Part shown: piece by piece, positions 30,100 through 40,798 of the stretch
How the letters are laid out: each line of letters starts with the position of its first letter
Position numbering within the stretch: position 1 is the first letter of the stretch
Translations under genes and position numbers: made by a program
Assembly (NCBI GenBank): GCA_963851265.1
Contig: CAWKNZ010000001.1
Span: 1 to 64,000 of the forward strand
DNA: 64,000 bases
Direction of reading: 5' to 3'
DNA from: an uncultured Gemmatimonadales bacterium
Lineage (GTDB): Bacteria; Gemmatimonadota; Gemmatimonadetes; Gemmatimonadales; Gemmatimonadaceae
The notes under the pieces: model-generated
Told to the model about the DNA's origin: nothing
Seen by the model: the letters and a program-made list of their open reading frames with translations, nothing else
Database searches by the model: none

Positions 30100-31635
30100 G
30101 TGCGTAACCGCTCGTCCGTCGTTTCCGCCCTTTCGCGTTCCTCCGTGCGTCGTCTCCGCCCTCTCGCCGCCCTCGTCGCCGGCGCCTGCGTCTCGGCCTG
30201 CCTCGCCGCCGTGCCGGCCGTCGCGCGCGCACAGTCGCGCGCCGAACTCTCGCGCGTGATCCGCCGGCTCGTCATGTCCAACGGCCTCGAAGTCGTGGTC
30301 GTCGAGAACCACGGCGTTCCCCTCGCCACGGTCGAGATCGACGTGAAGAACGGCTCCTACACGCAGACGCCCGACTACGCCGGGCTCGCGCACATGTACG
30401 AGCACATGTTCTTCAAGGCGAGCCGCGACTACCCGGCCCCGGACGAGTTCACCCAGCGCCTCGGCGAACTCGGCGCGGTGTTCAACGCGACCACGCAGGA
30501 GGAGGACGTCAGCTACTACATGACCCTCCCCGCCGACTCGGCGCGCGTCGCGATGGAGGCGATGGCGAGCGCGGTGCGCTCCCCCCTCTTCCGCGAGGAC
30601 GAACTCGCGCGCGAGAAGGAGGTCGTGCTGGGCGAGTACGACCGCAACCAGTCGGGGCCGGGATTCGACTTCCAGCAGGAGATGACCCGCCGGCTCTATC
30701 CGGGCAGCTTCAGCCGCAAGAACGTGATCGGCGACCGCGAGGTGCTGCGGACGGTCACGCCGGCCAAGATGCGCGAGATCCAGAAGCGCTACTACGTCCC
30801 GAACAACGCCGCGCTCGTCGTCACCGGCGACGTCCGCCCCGACTCGGTGTTCGCGTGGGCCGCCCGGTTCTACGGCGCGTGGGAGCGCCAGCCCAATCCG
30901 TTTCAGGCCAACCCCATCCCGCCGATCGCCCCGCTCACCACGGACCAGGGCGTGATTGCCGCCGCGCCGGTCAGTGCGACGACGGTGTTCGTGCAGTGGC
31001 AGGGGCCGAGCGTGCGGCGGGATCGCGCGAGCACGTACGCGGCCGACGTGTTGAGCGACGCGCTCAACACCGACGGCTCGCGCTTCCAGCACCGGCTCGT
31101 CGACAGCGGACTCTGGCAGGGCATCGCGGTCAACTACTACACGCTCGACCAGAAGGGACCGATCACGATCTCGGGCCAGCCCGCGCCGGGGCGCGCGCGC
31201 GAGGCGCTCGAGGCGCTCTTCGACGAGGTTGAGCACGTCGCCGATCCGGGCTACTTCACCGCCGACGAGTTGCAGGCCGTGAAGGCGCAGCGCACGATGA
31301 ATTCCGCCCTCGGTGCGGAGAAGACGAGTTCGCTCACGCACACGGTCGGCTTCTGGTGGGCCGTGGCCGACATCGAATACTTCATGGGATACGGCGACAC
31401 GATGGCGCGGCAGACGCCCGAGGACCTGCGGCGCTACGCCGCCGCATACATCGTCGGCCAGCCGCGCGTCACGGGCGTGCTGCTGCCCTCGGGTGAACGG
31501 TCCAAGTTCCCGTTCCGCGAGTCGGACCTGGCCGTATTCTGGCGTCAGGTGCTCGCGAGCCGACCGGCGCCGAAGCCGGCGACGCCGACCACGCCGGTGC
31601 GCGCCGCCGCGAGCCGGAAGGGAGATCTGCGCTGA
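30100..31635 (+). CDS. M16 zinc peptidase, catalytic subunit
   Basis: GLAHMYEHMFFK (HxxEH), NATT, REKEVVLGE, YYVPNNA. Signal peptide. Confidence 0.93.
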   Translation: MRNRSSVVSALSRSSVRRLRPLAALVAGACVSACLAAVPAVARAQSRAELSRVIRRLVMSNGLEVVVVENHGVPLATVEIDVKNGSYTQTPDYAGLAHMYEHMFFKASRDYPAPDEFTQRLGELGAVFNATTQEEDVSYYMTLPADSARVAMEAMASAVRSPLFREDELAREKEVVLGEYDRNQSGPGFDFQQEMTRRLYPGSFSRKNVIGDREVLRTVTPAKMREIQKRYYVPNNAALVVTGDVRPDSVFAWAARFYGAWERQPNPFQANPIPPIAPLTTDQGVIAAAPVSATTVFVQWQGPSVRRDRASTYAADVLSDALNTDGSRFQHRLVDSGLWQGIAVNYYTLDQKGPITISGQPAPGRAREALEALFDEVEHVADPGYFTADELQAVKAQRTMNSALGAEKTSSLTHTVGFWWAVADIEYFMGYGDTMARQTPEDLRRYAAAYIVGQPRVTGVLLPSGERSKFPFRESDLAVFWRQVLASRPAPKPATPTTPVRAAASRKGDLR

Positions 31636-33140
31636 TGCGCCGCCCGATGATGGGCCGCGTGCGCGGCGCACTGCTCGGTGCCGTGCTCGCGGCCACCACG
31701 GCCCTTGGCGGCGCACCGGCCGCGGTCGCGGCGCAGGTGCCCACGCCCCAGCCTGCCCCGCAGCCCACGCCGGTCCCGACGCAGCCGGCCCCGACGCCCA
31801 CGCCGTCACCGACGCCCACCGCGCCGGCCGTTCCGGTGCAGGCGAACGCGCCGCAGGGCGCCGCGTCGCCACCGCCGGCCGCGCCGGCCCGCACGGCCGG
31901 GCGCGACAGCAGCACGTCGAGCTTCGAGATCGGCGGCATGCAGGTGATCCTGCGCCGCGTCACCGCCAACCAGGTGGTCGCGGCCAACCTCTACCTGCTG
32001 GGTGGCACCCGGCAGACGCCTCCGGAGCAGGCGGGGCTCGAACCCTTCCTGCTGGAGGCGAGCGAGCAGGGCACGCTGAACTATCCGCGCGAACGGCTCC
32101 GCAGCCAGATGGCCCGGCTCGGCACGAGCATCGGCGTGAGCGCGGACCACGACTGGAGCACGTTCGCCCTCCGCAGCACGCCCGCCACGCTCGATTCGAC
32201 CTGGGCCGTCTTCGCCGACCGCCTGCTCCACCCGACCCTCGACTCCGCCGGCGTCGAACTCGTCCGCGCGCAGCTCCTCGGCGCCATCCGCCAGCGCCGC
32301 GACGACCCCGACGCGTCGCTCGACTACCTCGCCGACAGCGTCGCGTACACGGGAACGTCGTACGCGCTCGCCCCCGTCGGCACTACCAGCTCGATCGCCG
32401 GCCTGACCATCGCCGACCTGCGCCGGTACCAGCAGCAGCAGATGGTCACGTCGCGCATGCTCCTCGTCGTCGTCGGCGACGTCACGCGCGAGCACCTGCT
32501 CCGGCTGGTGACCACGACGATCGGCCAGCTCCCGCGCGGCGATTACCGCTGGACGCCCCCCACGCTCCCGGGCTCCTGGAACAGCGCCCTCGCCGTCGAG
32601 CGCCGCACCCTGCCCACCAACTACGTCCTGGGCTACTTCCCCGGTGCGGCCGCGACCGGTCCCGACTACGTCCCGCTCCGCATCGCGGCCGCCGTGCTCT
32701 CGGGCCGCTTCTTCTCCGAGATTCGCTCCAAGCGCAACCTGAGCTACGCGGTCGACGCCCGCTTCCTCGAGCGCGCGAGTGGAGCGGCCGGGCTGTACGT
32801 GACCACCGTCGACCCGCGCACCACGCTTCGCATCATGCGTGAGGAGCTGTCCAACCTGCAGGAAGGGTGGATCACCCCGCACGGCCTCGAACAGCTCACG
32901 CAGCACTTCATCACCGAGTACTTCCTCGAGAACGAGACGAACAGCGATCAGGCCAACTTCCTGGCGCGCGCGCAGCTGTACCGCGGCGACTGGCACCGCG
33001 CGTCGCGGTTCGCGGACGAACTCCGCGCGGTGACGCCGGCCGACGTACGGCGGGTGTCGCGGCAGTACCTGCATGGGCTGCGGTTGGCCTACATCGGAGA
33101 TCCGAACAAGCTGGATCCGGGGATCGCGGGGGAGTTTTGA
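31635..33140 (+). CDS. M16 peptidase, non-catalytic partner
   Basis: No HxxEH. GRFFSEIRSKRNLSY (R/Y pair). Pro/Thr-rich N-terminus. Coupled to the upstream gene. Confidence 0.9.
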   Translation: MRRPMMGRVRGALLGAVLAATTALGGAPAAVAAQVPTPQPAPQPTPVPTQPAPTPTPSPTPTAPAVPVQANAPQGAASPPPAAPARTAGRDSSTSSFEIGGMQVILRRVTANQVVAANLYLLGGTRQTPPEQAGLEPFLLEASEQGTLNYPRERLRSQMARLGTSIGVSADHDWSTFALRSTPATLDSTWAVFADRLLHPTLDSAGVELVRAQLLGAIRQRRDDPDASLDYLADSVAYTGTSYALAPVGTTSSIAGLTIADLRRYQQQQMVTSRMLLVVVGDVTREHLLRLVTTTIGQLPRGDYRWTPPTLPGSWNSALAVERRTLPTNYVLGYFPGAAATGPDYVPLRIAAAVLSGRFFSEIRSKRNLSYAVDARFLERASGAAGLYVTTVDPRTTLRIMREELSNLQEGWITPHGLEQLTQHFITEYFLENETNSDQANFLARAQLYRGDWHRASRFADELRAVTPADVRRVSRQYLHGLRLAYIGDPNKLDPGIAGEF

Positions 33141-33320
33141 TGGAGGGAGCCGGGAGCGTTGGACTCGTCAGTCCGTGACCGGCCGGTTCATCCCCGGCCG
33201 GTCACGGACTGGCGCGACCCTACCCACCCCGCGCACCCAACACCCCCCACCCTGCACACCCGACCGTCGACGGCCTGCCCTTTGCCCGACCAGGGGTCCT
33301 TCCCAACCAGGACACCGCCC

Positions 33321-34037
33321 ATGCCGCCGCGCCTCCAAGAGCTTCACCCGTCGATCGTGCACTTCCCGATCGCCGTCCTCCCCATCGCCCTCGGCGCCGA
33401 CCTGCTCGGCCGTCTGACCGGCAGCCGCGCGCTGTCCGAAGTCGGTCGCGTGCTGATGCCGGTCGCCGCCGCGGGTGCGGCCGTGTCGGCCGCGACCGGC
33501 CTCATCGCGCAGCAGGAAGTCAACGCGGGCGGCGTGGCGGGTGACATTCTCGTCACCCATCGCAACCTCAACCTGTCGCTCACCGCGATCACGGCCCTCA
33601 TGGCCGCTCGTCGCTGGAGCGAGGACGAGGCCGGGGTCGGCTACCTCGCGCTCGGTCTCGCGGGGTTGGGCGCGTTGAGCTACAGCGCCTACCTGGGCGG
33701 CAAGATGGTGTACGAGCACGGGGTCGGTGTGAAGCCCGCCGACGGCCTCGCCCATGGCGACAGCCCCGCGCTGTCGCCGAGCGAGGCGCCGAGTGCGGCG
33801 CGTCGGGCGCTCAACGATCTGCGGGACGGAGCCGCCGTGGCCGTGGCCGATGTGAAAGCAGGCCGAATCGCCCCGGCGATCGGCGAGTCGCTCGAGAACC
33901 CGACCGGCGCCTCGCCGCGACGGAACGGGAACGGCCAGCACGCCGCGTCGAGCGCCGGCGCGGCACCTTCGAGCGCTGCCGGGGGTACGGACCGTCTCGC
34001 CGACCACGGCGCGGGGTCGCCCGAAACGCTGCCCTGA
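33321..34037 (+). CDS. DUF2231 membrane protein
   Basis: LHPSIVHFPIAVL ... AYLGGKMVYEHGVGV. Confidence 0.85.
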   Translation: MPPRLQELHPSIVHFPIAVLPIALGADLLGRLTGSRALSEVGRVLMPVAAAGAAVSAATGLIAQQEVNAGGVAGDILVTHRNLNLSLTAITALMAARRWSEDEAGVGYLALGLAGLGALSYSAYLGGKMVYEHGVGVKPADGLAHGDSPALSPSEAPSAARRALNDLRDGAAVAVADVKAGRIAPAIGESLENPTGASPRRNGNGQHAASSAGAAPSSAAGGTDRLADHGAGSPETLP

Positions 34038-34211
34038 CGTAGTGTGTGCTGCTCGCCGCGCACGCCCGACCGGCGCACGGCGAGCCCAATGCCCGTAGCG
34101 CCCCGCGCGGGCGCGTCCTGCACCCCGCGACGGCTCGCGGGGAACGGGCGCGTCCGCGGTGTGCTCGTTTCTCCGCCGTCCTCTCAGGCCTCTTACGCCG
34201 GAGCGCTCCAC

Positions 34212-35084
34212 ATGCCGACCCGTCCCAAGCCGTCCTCCAAGTCCGTGCCCGTAACCAAGGGGAGCGCGAAGACCACCGCCAAGCGTGCGAGTTCGTCGGC
34301 CAAGCCGGCGTCACGCGCCGCGGTGAAGACGACGGTGAAGGCCGCGTCGACCAAGGCCGGCGCGAAGGCCGCCCCCAAGGCGGCCGCGCCCGCGAAGAAG
34401 GCCGCCACCAAGACGGCCACCGCGGCCAAGCGCCCGGCGGCGAAGGTCGCCAGCCCCGTCAGCCGTGCGAAGGCGACGACCGCTGCGGCCCCGGCGGCCG
34501 CGCCGGTCAAGCGCAGGCCGGCTCCGAAGGGCGCCCCCGCCGCACCGCCGGCCGTAACGGCCACGTTGCCCGACGTCGAGGTCGAGGCGCGGCAGCCCGT
34601 CCTCGTGGCGGAGCCGGTCGCGGCCAACGCGGTGGTCGAGGCGGCGCCGGTCGCGCCCGCGACGGCCGCTCCGGTCGCTGCGGCCCCCGACGTGCCGGAG
34701 GCGCCGACCGGCGAGGAGGCCGTCATCGCGGACGCCGACGTCGCGGCCGCGACGCCCACCGCGCCGCGCCAGGTCATGGTCACCGTCATCCCGAGCGAGC
34801 CGCCGGCGTCGTCCCGTCCCCCGCGCGAGCCCTCGGACGAACCGCATCCGGAGCTTGGCGCCGAGCAGTGGTATCAGCGCGAGAAGGCGCGCCGTACGAA
34901 GCCGCTCACCAACGACCTCATGGCCGAAGCGCGTGAGCTGCTGCTGCAGGCGGTGGCCGAAGCCGGACCACGGCGCGGCCGCCCGGTGCGCGTGGGTGCA
35001 GCGGCGAAGCCGAAGCCCAAGACGCGCGCCGCCGACGACTTCGATCTCGACGAGTACCGCCCGGGCGAGAAGAAGACGACGTAA
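34212..35084 (+). CDS. Histone H1-like Lys/Ala-rich protein
   Basis: KAAPKAAAPAKKAATKTATAAKRPAAK N-terminus, acidic middle, basic tail. Codon usage matches the host. Confidence 0.6.
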   Translation: MPTRPKPSSKSVPVTKGSAKTTAKRASSSAKPASRAAVKTTVKAASTKAGAKAAPKAAAPAKKAATKTATAAKRPAAKVASPVSRAKATTAAAPAAAPVKRRPAPKGAPAAPPAVTATLPDVEVEARQPVLVAEPVAANAVVEAAPVAPATAAPVAAAPDVPEAPTGEEAVIADADVAAATPTAPRQVMVTVIPSEPPASSRPPREPSDEPHPELGAEQWYQREKARRTKPLTNDLMAEARELLLQAVAEAGPRRGRPVRVGAAAKPKPKTRAADDFDLDEYRPGEKKTT

Positions 35085-35102
35085 GCGGGCCGGCCGGGCG
35101 GC

Positions 35103-35723
35103 CTAGCCCGCCCGCGCGGCCAGGACGCGCCGCACGTCGTCGAGCGAGACGCCGACGGCGCGCAGCGCGACGAGGGCGTGGTACACGAGGTCCGCGCCCT
35201 CTTCGGCGGCGCGCCCCGGATCGCCGTCCGCGCAGGCGGTGACCAGTTCGGCGCTTTCCTCGCCGATCTTCTTCAACCGCAGGTTGCGGTCGGCGAGCAG
35301 GCGCTGCGTGTAGCTCGGCCGGTCGGCCGTGGTGGCCCCGGCGGCGGCCGACGCGCGGAGGGCGATCGTCGCGTCGAGGGCGGAGAGCGCGTCCGCGGCC
35401 GGCGGTGGGCCGTCCTGCGCGAAGCAGCTGACCGCCCCCGTGTGGCACGCCGGCCCGGCCGGCGCCACGCGCGCCAGCACCGCGTCGCGGTCGCAGTCGG
35501 CCGCGAGCGCGACCACGCGCTGCACGTTCCCGCTCGTCGCGCCCTTGTGCCACAGGCCGCGGCTGCGCGACCGGTAGTGCATCTCGCCCGTGGACAGCGT
35601 CAGCTGCAGCGCCTCGCGGTCGGCGTGCGCCACCATCAGCACGGCCCCCGTGACGGCGTCCTGCGCGACCACGGTGACGAGGCCGTTCCCCTTCTGAAAG
35701 TCGAGCGTGTCGAGATCGAGCAT
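35103..35723 (-). CDS. hisIE: Bifunctional PR-AMP cyclohydrolase / PR-ATP pyrophosphatase
   Basis: [45 protein letters not shown]. Confidence 0.97.
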   Translation of the reverse strand: MLDLDTLDFQKGNGLVTVVAQDAVTGAVLMVAHADREALQLTLSTGEMHYRSRSRGLWHKGATSGNVQRVVALAADCDRDAVLARVAPAGPACHTGAVSCFAQDGPPPAADALSALDATIALRASAAAGATTADRPSYTQRLLADRNLRLKKIGEESAELVTACADGDPGRAAEEGADLVYHALVALRAVGVSLDDVRRVLAARAG

Positions 35724-36098
35724 CCGCGCAAGCTAGAGCCAATCACGGGGGGGTGCAGCAGGCGCGGGCGTGCCGGCGGTATTGCCGATGCGGGCCGTCG
35801 TGGGCGCATCTCGGAGCAGCGGTGATGACCGGGCCTACTCGCAGCACCTGCGCGACCGCGTGTGCGCCGCGGCGCACGCGGAGCTGGCCGACGGACCGGG
35901 CGGTCGTGCGGCGTCTTCGTGGAGCACCCCCGCGCCGGCCTACTCGGATAGGCAGTAAGTGATCGACTACGCGCACGGATACGGTACGCCTCCTTGCCCG
36001 ACAGTCGTCGGGAACGCGACGCGCCGGCCCCGGACAACGGTCGGCGCGCGCGCACATGGCCACCCCGCACACCCGGGGCGGAGCGGAGGGCGGGCGCG

Positions 36099-37004
36099 AT
36101 GCGCAGACCGACGTTCTACCGACCGATGAACCTGCGCGAAGCGTCGTACGCGTACGACGTGTTCCGCGGGACCCTGCCGCGCACCGACCAGATCGGGGTT
36201 GGCGACGGCCTCGGGTTCGGCGACCGGCCCTGGACCGACGAGGGCTTCGACGCGGGCGCGCGCATGCCCGCCATGCGGTACCAGATGAACGTCGGCGACA
36301 TGGCCAGCATGGACCTGACATCGACGCAATACTTCGGCGGCTTCGGGCGCGTCTGCGACACGTTCATCCACGAACTCACGCACGTATGGCAGTACGCCCA
36401 CGGCGACTTCGTCAAGAGCAGTTCAGTCGCCGCCCAGGCGTGGGAATTTCTCACGAGCGAGGTCGACTACTCGAGCCGCGGGGCGCGGGTAGTCGTCGTA
36501 CACGACGCGTACGAGTATGCACCGCTCGACCACGACAAGGCGTGGGACGATTACAACGCGGAGCAACAGGCACACATCGTCGAAGACTGGAATCTGCACG
36601 GGCGCAGTCAGAGCGACGACCTGTTCCCGTTCATCTCCGAGGTGATCCGCAGTCACGGCGACCCACGGGCGCGTGGGCAGTCGCTCGCCGAGCTGCGGCG
36701 ACAGCTCTACATCCCGACCCCGGTCACATCCTTCCAACTCGAGTCGCCCGACCCCGTCCTCCTGCCGCTGCTCGCGCCGCGCTACGCGGCCACCGACGTG
36801 GCGGGATTCGGCGGACGCGTGCGGCGATTGGAGGACGCCTTCCGGGCGCTCGATCCGTTGCAGGCGCGCGCGCTCCTCGGCCGGCTCACGTCACGTCGGC
36901 ATGGAGACACGTTGTCCGTGTACTTCCACGACCACTTGAGCACCGCCACACGGGTCGCGCTGCTCGGCACGCTGCGCCGTACGGCAACGCTACCAATGCT
37001 GTAA
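36099..37004 (+). CDS. HExxH zinc-metallopeptidase-like protein (DUF4157-like)
   Basis: TFIHELTHVWQY and downstream YNAEQQAHIVEDW. Confidence 0.7.
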   Translation: MRRPTFYRPMNLREASYAYDVFRGTLPRTDQIGVGDGLGFGDRPWTDEGFDAGARMPAMRYQMNVGDMASMDLTSTQYFGGFGRVCDTFIHELTHVWQYAHGDFVKSSSVAAQAWEFLTSEVDYSSRGARVVVVHDAYEYAPLDHDKAWDDYNAEQQAHIVEDWNLHGRSQSDDLFPFISEVIRSHGDPRARGQSLAELRRQLYIPTPVTSFQLESPDPVLLPLLAPRYAATDVAGFGGRVRRLEDAFRALDPLQARALLGRLTSRRHGDTLSVYFHDHLSTATRVALLGTLRRTATLPML

Positions 37005-37222
37005 CGCAGTCACGGTACCCCCCCGGCCTGTTCGCACACGCGCTCTTGCCGCGGCTCGGCACCACCAACGAGGGCGGTGTCACGTGAGCGGTCGCGCGCG
37101 AGTCGCGTGGCGGCAGTGCTCCCGATTTACCCGCGCCGGCAGCATCTCCTGCGGGACCGCCGCATCGCCGGGCAGCACGCCGCCGGGCATCCCAGAACGC
37201 TACCGATACGAGAACACCACGG

Positions 37223-37990
37223 ATGACGGAGACGAACGACCCCACGCGAGTGCTGGATTGGGCATACGCGGATCGGGCCAACTTCACGGCGCGCTGGAAT
37301 CGCGCCAACGTCCTCAATCTGCTGCGACCTTCGAACGGATTCGAGGAGTACCGGACGATCGGACAACGCGCCGAGTTCTACAACTGGTTCGACCAGATCC
37401 GCGAAGCCCAGGGTCACGAGACCCTCTGGCCCGCGGCCGCCATGATCGTGGCGACTCAGATGCGAAGCCTCGAGGACCCGTTCCGGACGCTCGCGATGAC
37501 GCTGCGCCGGGCCGTCAGCTTGCGGTTCGAGACGAGCGAAGCGCTGATCGCATTTGGCGAGCGCGGTAACAAGATGATTTTCGACGACGTGTTCCCGAAG
37601 TTAGGTGACCTGTACCGCCAGGGGCTTGCAGGAAACCCGCTCAAGGGCGAGGCGGCGGCGAGCTGGGACCGGGCGACGCTGCACCACGAACAGTTCGACG
37701 TCGTGCAGCCCATCTACGTGCAAGCCGTGCACGCGAACCCCGAGTTGAGGGACGAGCTAGAAGACATGGCCGCGGGGCACGACGTGTTCTGGCTCGGCGG
37801 CGTCGCGATCGGATCCAGACTCGACTTCACAGGCGACATTCTGAGCGCGCAAGACAGGTACAACCACGGCATGAACGTCGTCGTCCCGTTCTATAAACAG
37901 TTCAAGGCTGCGCTCGACAGCGGGCGGCGGCGGTCCCAAGTCGCGAAACCGGATCCGGCGGCCGGCGGGATGGTATCGATCCACACGTGA
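37223..37990 (+). CDS. Hypothetical protein resembling a polymorphic-toxin C-terminal domain
   Basis: Clean 255-aa ORF. WNRANVLNL...EYRTIGQRAEFYNWF...GHETLWPAAAMIVA...GNKMIFDDVFPKL...EQFDVVQPIY. Family resemblance is from memory only. Confidence 0.55.
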   Translation: MTETNDPTRVLDWAYADRANFTARWNRANVLNLLRPSNGFEEYRTIGQRAEFYNWFDQIREAQGHETLWPAAAMIVATQMRSLEDPFRTLAMTLRRAVSLRFETSEALIAFGERGNKMIFDDVFPKLGDLYRQGLAGNPLKGEAAASWDRATLHHEQFDVVQPIYVQAVHANPELRDELEDMAAGHDVFWLGGVAIGSRLDFTGDILSAQDRYNHGMNVVVPFYKQFKAALDSGRRRSQVAKPDPAAGGMVSIHT

Positions 37991-38218
37991 GCGCGGGCGC
38001 CAGCCATCGCGCGGTATCACCCGCAACGGAACGACGCCGGCTCCCGAACTCACGCGGCACGCACCGCTGCGCGCCGCGCACGCCACGCTCGGTCCCCAGC
38101 GTCCCGTCGGTCATCCACGCGCGGGTTGTGGCAGTGGAGCGGGTGCGCCTTGCGCGAAGGTAGAAGCGCGTCGCATCGGAAGCCCGCACATCGCGCGCCG
38201 GCCTACCGGGATAGGCTG

Positions 38219-39061
38219 TTAGCCGCGTCCGGACCGGGTGTGTCCGCCGTCCAGCACGCGCCGCACCGAGCCCGCGAGCGCGCCGTTGGTGGCGACCGCC
38301 GACCCGCCGAACGCCGTGCGCACGCCCTCCCACGAGGTGAACGTACCGCCCGCCTCCTCGATCACCGGGAGCAGGGCGGCCACGTCCCAGTCGCCGACCA
38401 CCGCGTCGACCATCGCCTCCGCGCGCCCGGTCGCGACCAGCAGATAGCCGTAGCAGTCCCCCCACGACCGGGCCAGGGCCGCCGACGCTTCGAGCCGCCC
38501 CCACGCGTCGCGCCGGTCGGGGCGGTGCGAGAACTTCGGATCGGTGGTGCACACGGCGGCCGCGGCCAGCTGGTCGACCCCCGACACGCGCGCGCGCGCG
38601 CCGTTCCACCAACACCCTTCGCCGGGCGCAGCGGCCACCAGCTCGCCCACCGCCGGGAAGTACGCGGCACCGGCGAGCACCTCGCCCAGGGCCCCATCCG
38701 TGCCCTGCTCGACGCACGCGACGAGCGTGCCCCACAGCGGCACGCCGCGCACGTAGGTCTTCGTGCCGTCGATCGGGTCGAGCACCCAGCACCGTGACGC
38801 GCCGTGCCCCGAGCGGCCGAACTCCTCGCCGAGGATCGCGTCGTCCGGGTATCGCTCGGCGAGCCATGCGCGGGCCGCCGTCTCCGCCGACCGGTCGGCG
38901 ACCGTGACCGGCGATCCGTCTCCCTTGGTCTCGACGTCGAGCGCGCCCCCGGCCGGGCCGGCGCGGAAGTGCCGGAGGGCCACGTCGCCGGCCATCCGGG
39001 CGACGTCGGCGGCCGCGTGGAGGAGCAGGGCGGGCGTATCGGGAGCGCGGCGATCGGGCAT
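38219..39061 (-). CDS. hisN: Histidinol-phosphatase, inositol monophosphatase family
   Basis: KGDGSPVTVAD, ILGEE, WVLDPIDGTKTYVRGVPLWGTL, WGDCYGY, WDVAAL. Lies within the his cluster. Confidence 0.88.
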   Translation of the reverse strand: MPDRRAPDTPALLLHAAADVARMAGDVALRHFRAGPAGGALDVETKGDGSPVTVADRSAETAARAWLAERYPDDAILGEEFGRSGHGASRCWVLDPIDGTKTYVRGVPLWGTLVACVEQGTDGALGEVLAGAAYFPAVGELVAAAPGEGCWWNGARARVSGVDQLAAAAVCTTDPKFSHRPDRRDAWGRLEASAALARSWGDCYGYLLVATGRAEAMVDAVVGDWDVAALLPVIEEAGGTFTSWEGVRTAFGGSAVATNGALAGSVRRVLDGGHTRSGRG

Positions 39062-39163
39062 GCGGCAAGTATGAGTGTGGTCGGCGTCTTGCGCAGCGGT
39101 GTGCGCCGACGATCTTCGGCCGATCATCTCGTCCGCACGGTCTCTCTCGTCCGCTTTTCTCGC

Positions 39164-40030
39164 ATGCGCATCCTCGTCCTCGATGTCGGTGGCACCCACG
39201 TCAAGGCGCTCGTTCTCAGCGGTCCAGACGCTGACGGCCCGATCGGGGATCCGGAGGTCCAGCAATCGGCCAGCCGTCACGCGCCGCCCGAGACGGCCGA
39301 GGCCGCGTCGGGGCAGTTCCAGGCGGCCGGCGAGAATGACGCCGATCCGACCAACGGCGCCTCGTCGGTCCCCACGCCCGCCCGCATCGATTCCGGCCCC
39401 ACGCTCACGGCGGCCGACATGGTGGTCGGGGTGAAGGCCGCCACGGCGGGATGGACGTTCGATGCGGTCTCGATCGGCTACCCCGGCCCGGTGGTCGACG
39501 GCCGCCCGGCGGTCGAGCCGCACAACCTCGGCACGGGGTGGGTGGGCTTCGACTTCGCCGGCGCGTTCGGCCGCCCGGTGCGCGTCATCAACGACGCCGC
39601 CATGCAGGCGCTCGGCGGCTACCGCGGGGGGCGCATGCTCTTCCTCGGCCTCGGCACCGGGCTCGGCTCCGCGCTCGTGATCTCGGGGCATCTGCAGCCG
39701 CTCGAGCTCGCGCACCTGCCCTACAAGCGCGGCCGCACCTTCGAGGAGTACGTCGGCGAGCCGGCCCGCGAGCGCGACGGCACGCACCGCTGGCGCCGCA
39801 ACGTGACGGACGTGATCTCCCGCCTGCACGTCGCGATGCAGGTCGACACGGTGCTGCTCGGCGGCGGCAACGCGCGCCGCATGGAGAAGGTGCTCGGCAA
39901 GCTGCCGCCCTTCACCCGCCTCGGCTCCAACGCCGACGCCCTCCGCGGCGGCGTCCGCCTGTGGGTGGGGCCGAGCGAGCGCGCGGGGGTGGAGCTGGCG
40001 ATGGGGGCGGAGGAGGCCGCGGCGCGGTAG
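39164..40030 (+). CDS. ROK-family / polyphosphate glucokinase-like sugar kinase with an N-terminal insertion
   Basis: LDVGGTHVK, SIGYPGPV, NLGTGW, INDAAMQALG, LGLGTGLGSA, ELAHL, LGGGN. Confidence 0.88.
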   Translation: MRILVLDVGGTHVKALVLSGPDADGPIGDPEVQQSASRHAPPETAEAASGQFQAAGENDADPTNGASSVPTPARIDSGPTLTAADMVVGVKAATAGWTFDAVSIGYPGPVVDGRPAVEPHNLGTGWVGFDFAGAFGRPVRVINDAAMQALGGYRGGRMLFLGLGTGLGSALVISGHLQPLELAHLPYKRGRTFEEYVGEPARERDGTHRWRRNVTDVISRLHVAMQVDTVLLGGGNARRMEKVLGKLPPFTRLGSNADALRGGVRLWVGPSERAGVELAMGAEEAAAR

Positions 40031-40039
40031 GCGCCGCGG

Positions 40040-40798
40040 CTACCGGACGGCCAGCCCCGCCCCGCGCATGGCCCCCTTGAGCGCGGCCACCGTGGTCACG
40101 CCGTCGTGCAGGATCCCCGCGACGAGCGCCGCGTCCGCCCCGCCCGCCGCGATCGCCTCCGCCACGTGCGCCGCCTCGCCCGCCCCGCCCGAGGCGATCA
40201 CGGGCACGTCCACCGCCGCGGCGACGGCGCGCGTGAGCGGCAGGTCGTAGCCCGTGCGCGCGCCGTCGCGGTCGATGCTCGTGAGCAGCACCTCCCCAGC
40301 GCCGCGCTCGACGCACGCGCGCGCCCACGCGACCGCGTCGAGCGCGGTCGGCTCGCGCCCGCCCTTCACGTACACGCGGAAGATGCCGGCCGCGGGGTCC
40401 CACTTGGCGTCGATGCTCGCCACCACGCACTGCGCGCCGTAGCGCCACGCGCTCTCGGTGAGCACCTCCGGGCGCGTGACCGCGGCGGAGTTGATGCTGA
40501 CCTTGTCGGCCCCCGCCCGCAGCGCGCGCCCGACGTCGTCCGCGGTGCGCACCCCGCCGCCCACCGTGAGCGGCACGAACAGCCGCTCCGCCGTGCGCGC
40601 CACCACGTCGAGCAGCGTCGCGCGCTCCTCCGCGCTCGCCGAGATGTCGAGGAAGGTGATCTCGTCGGCCCCTTCGGCTTCGTAGCGTTCGGCGAGTAAT
40701 ACGGGGTCGCCCACGTCGCGCAGCGCGACGAACTGCGTGCCCTTCACCACGCGCCCGCCGCGCACGTCGAGGCAGACGATCAGCCGGCGGGTGAGCAC
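40040..40798 (-). CDS. hisF: IGP synthase cyclase subunit
   Basis: [45 protein letters not shown]. Confidence 0.97.
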   Translation of the reverse strand: MLTRRLIVCLDVRGGRVVKGTQFVALRDVGDPVLLAERYEAEGADEITFLDISASAEERATLLDVVARTAERLFVPLTVGGGVRTADDVGRALRAGADKVSINSAAVTRPEVLTESAWRYGAQCVVASIDAKWDPAAGIFRVYVKGGREPTALDAVAWARACVERGAGEVLLTSIDRDGARTGYDLPLTRAVAAAVDVPVIASGGAGEAAHVAEAIAAGGADAALVAGILHDGVTTVAALKGAMRGAGLAVR

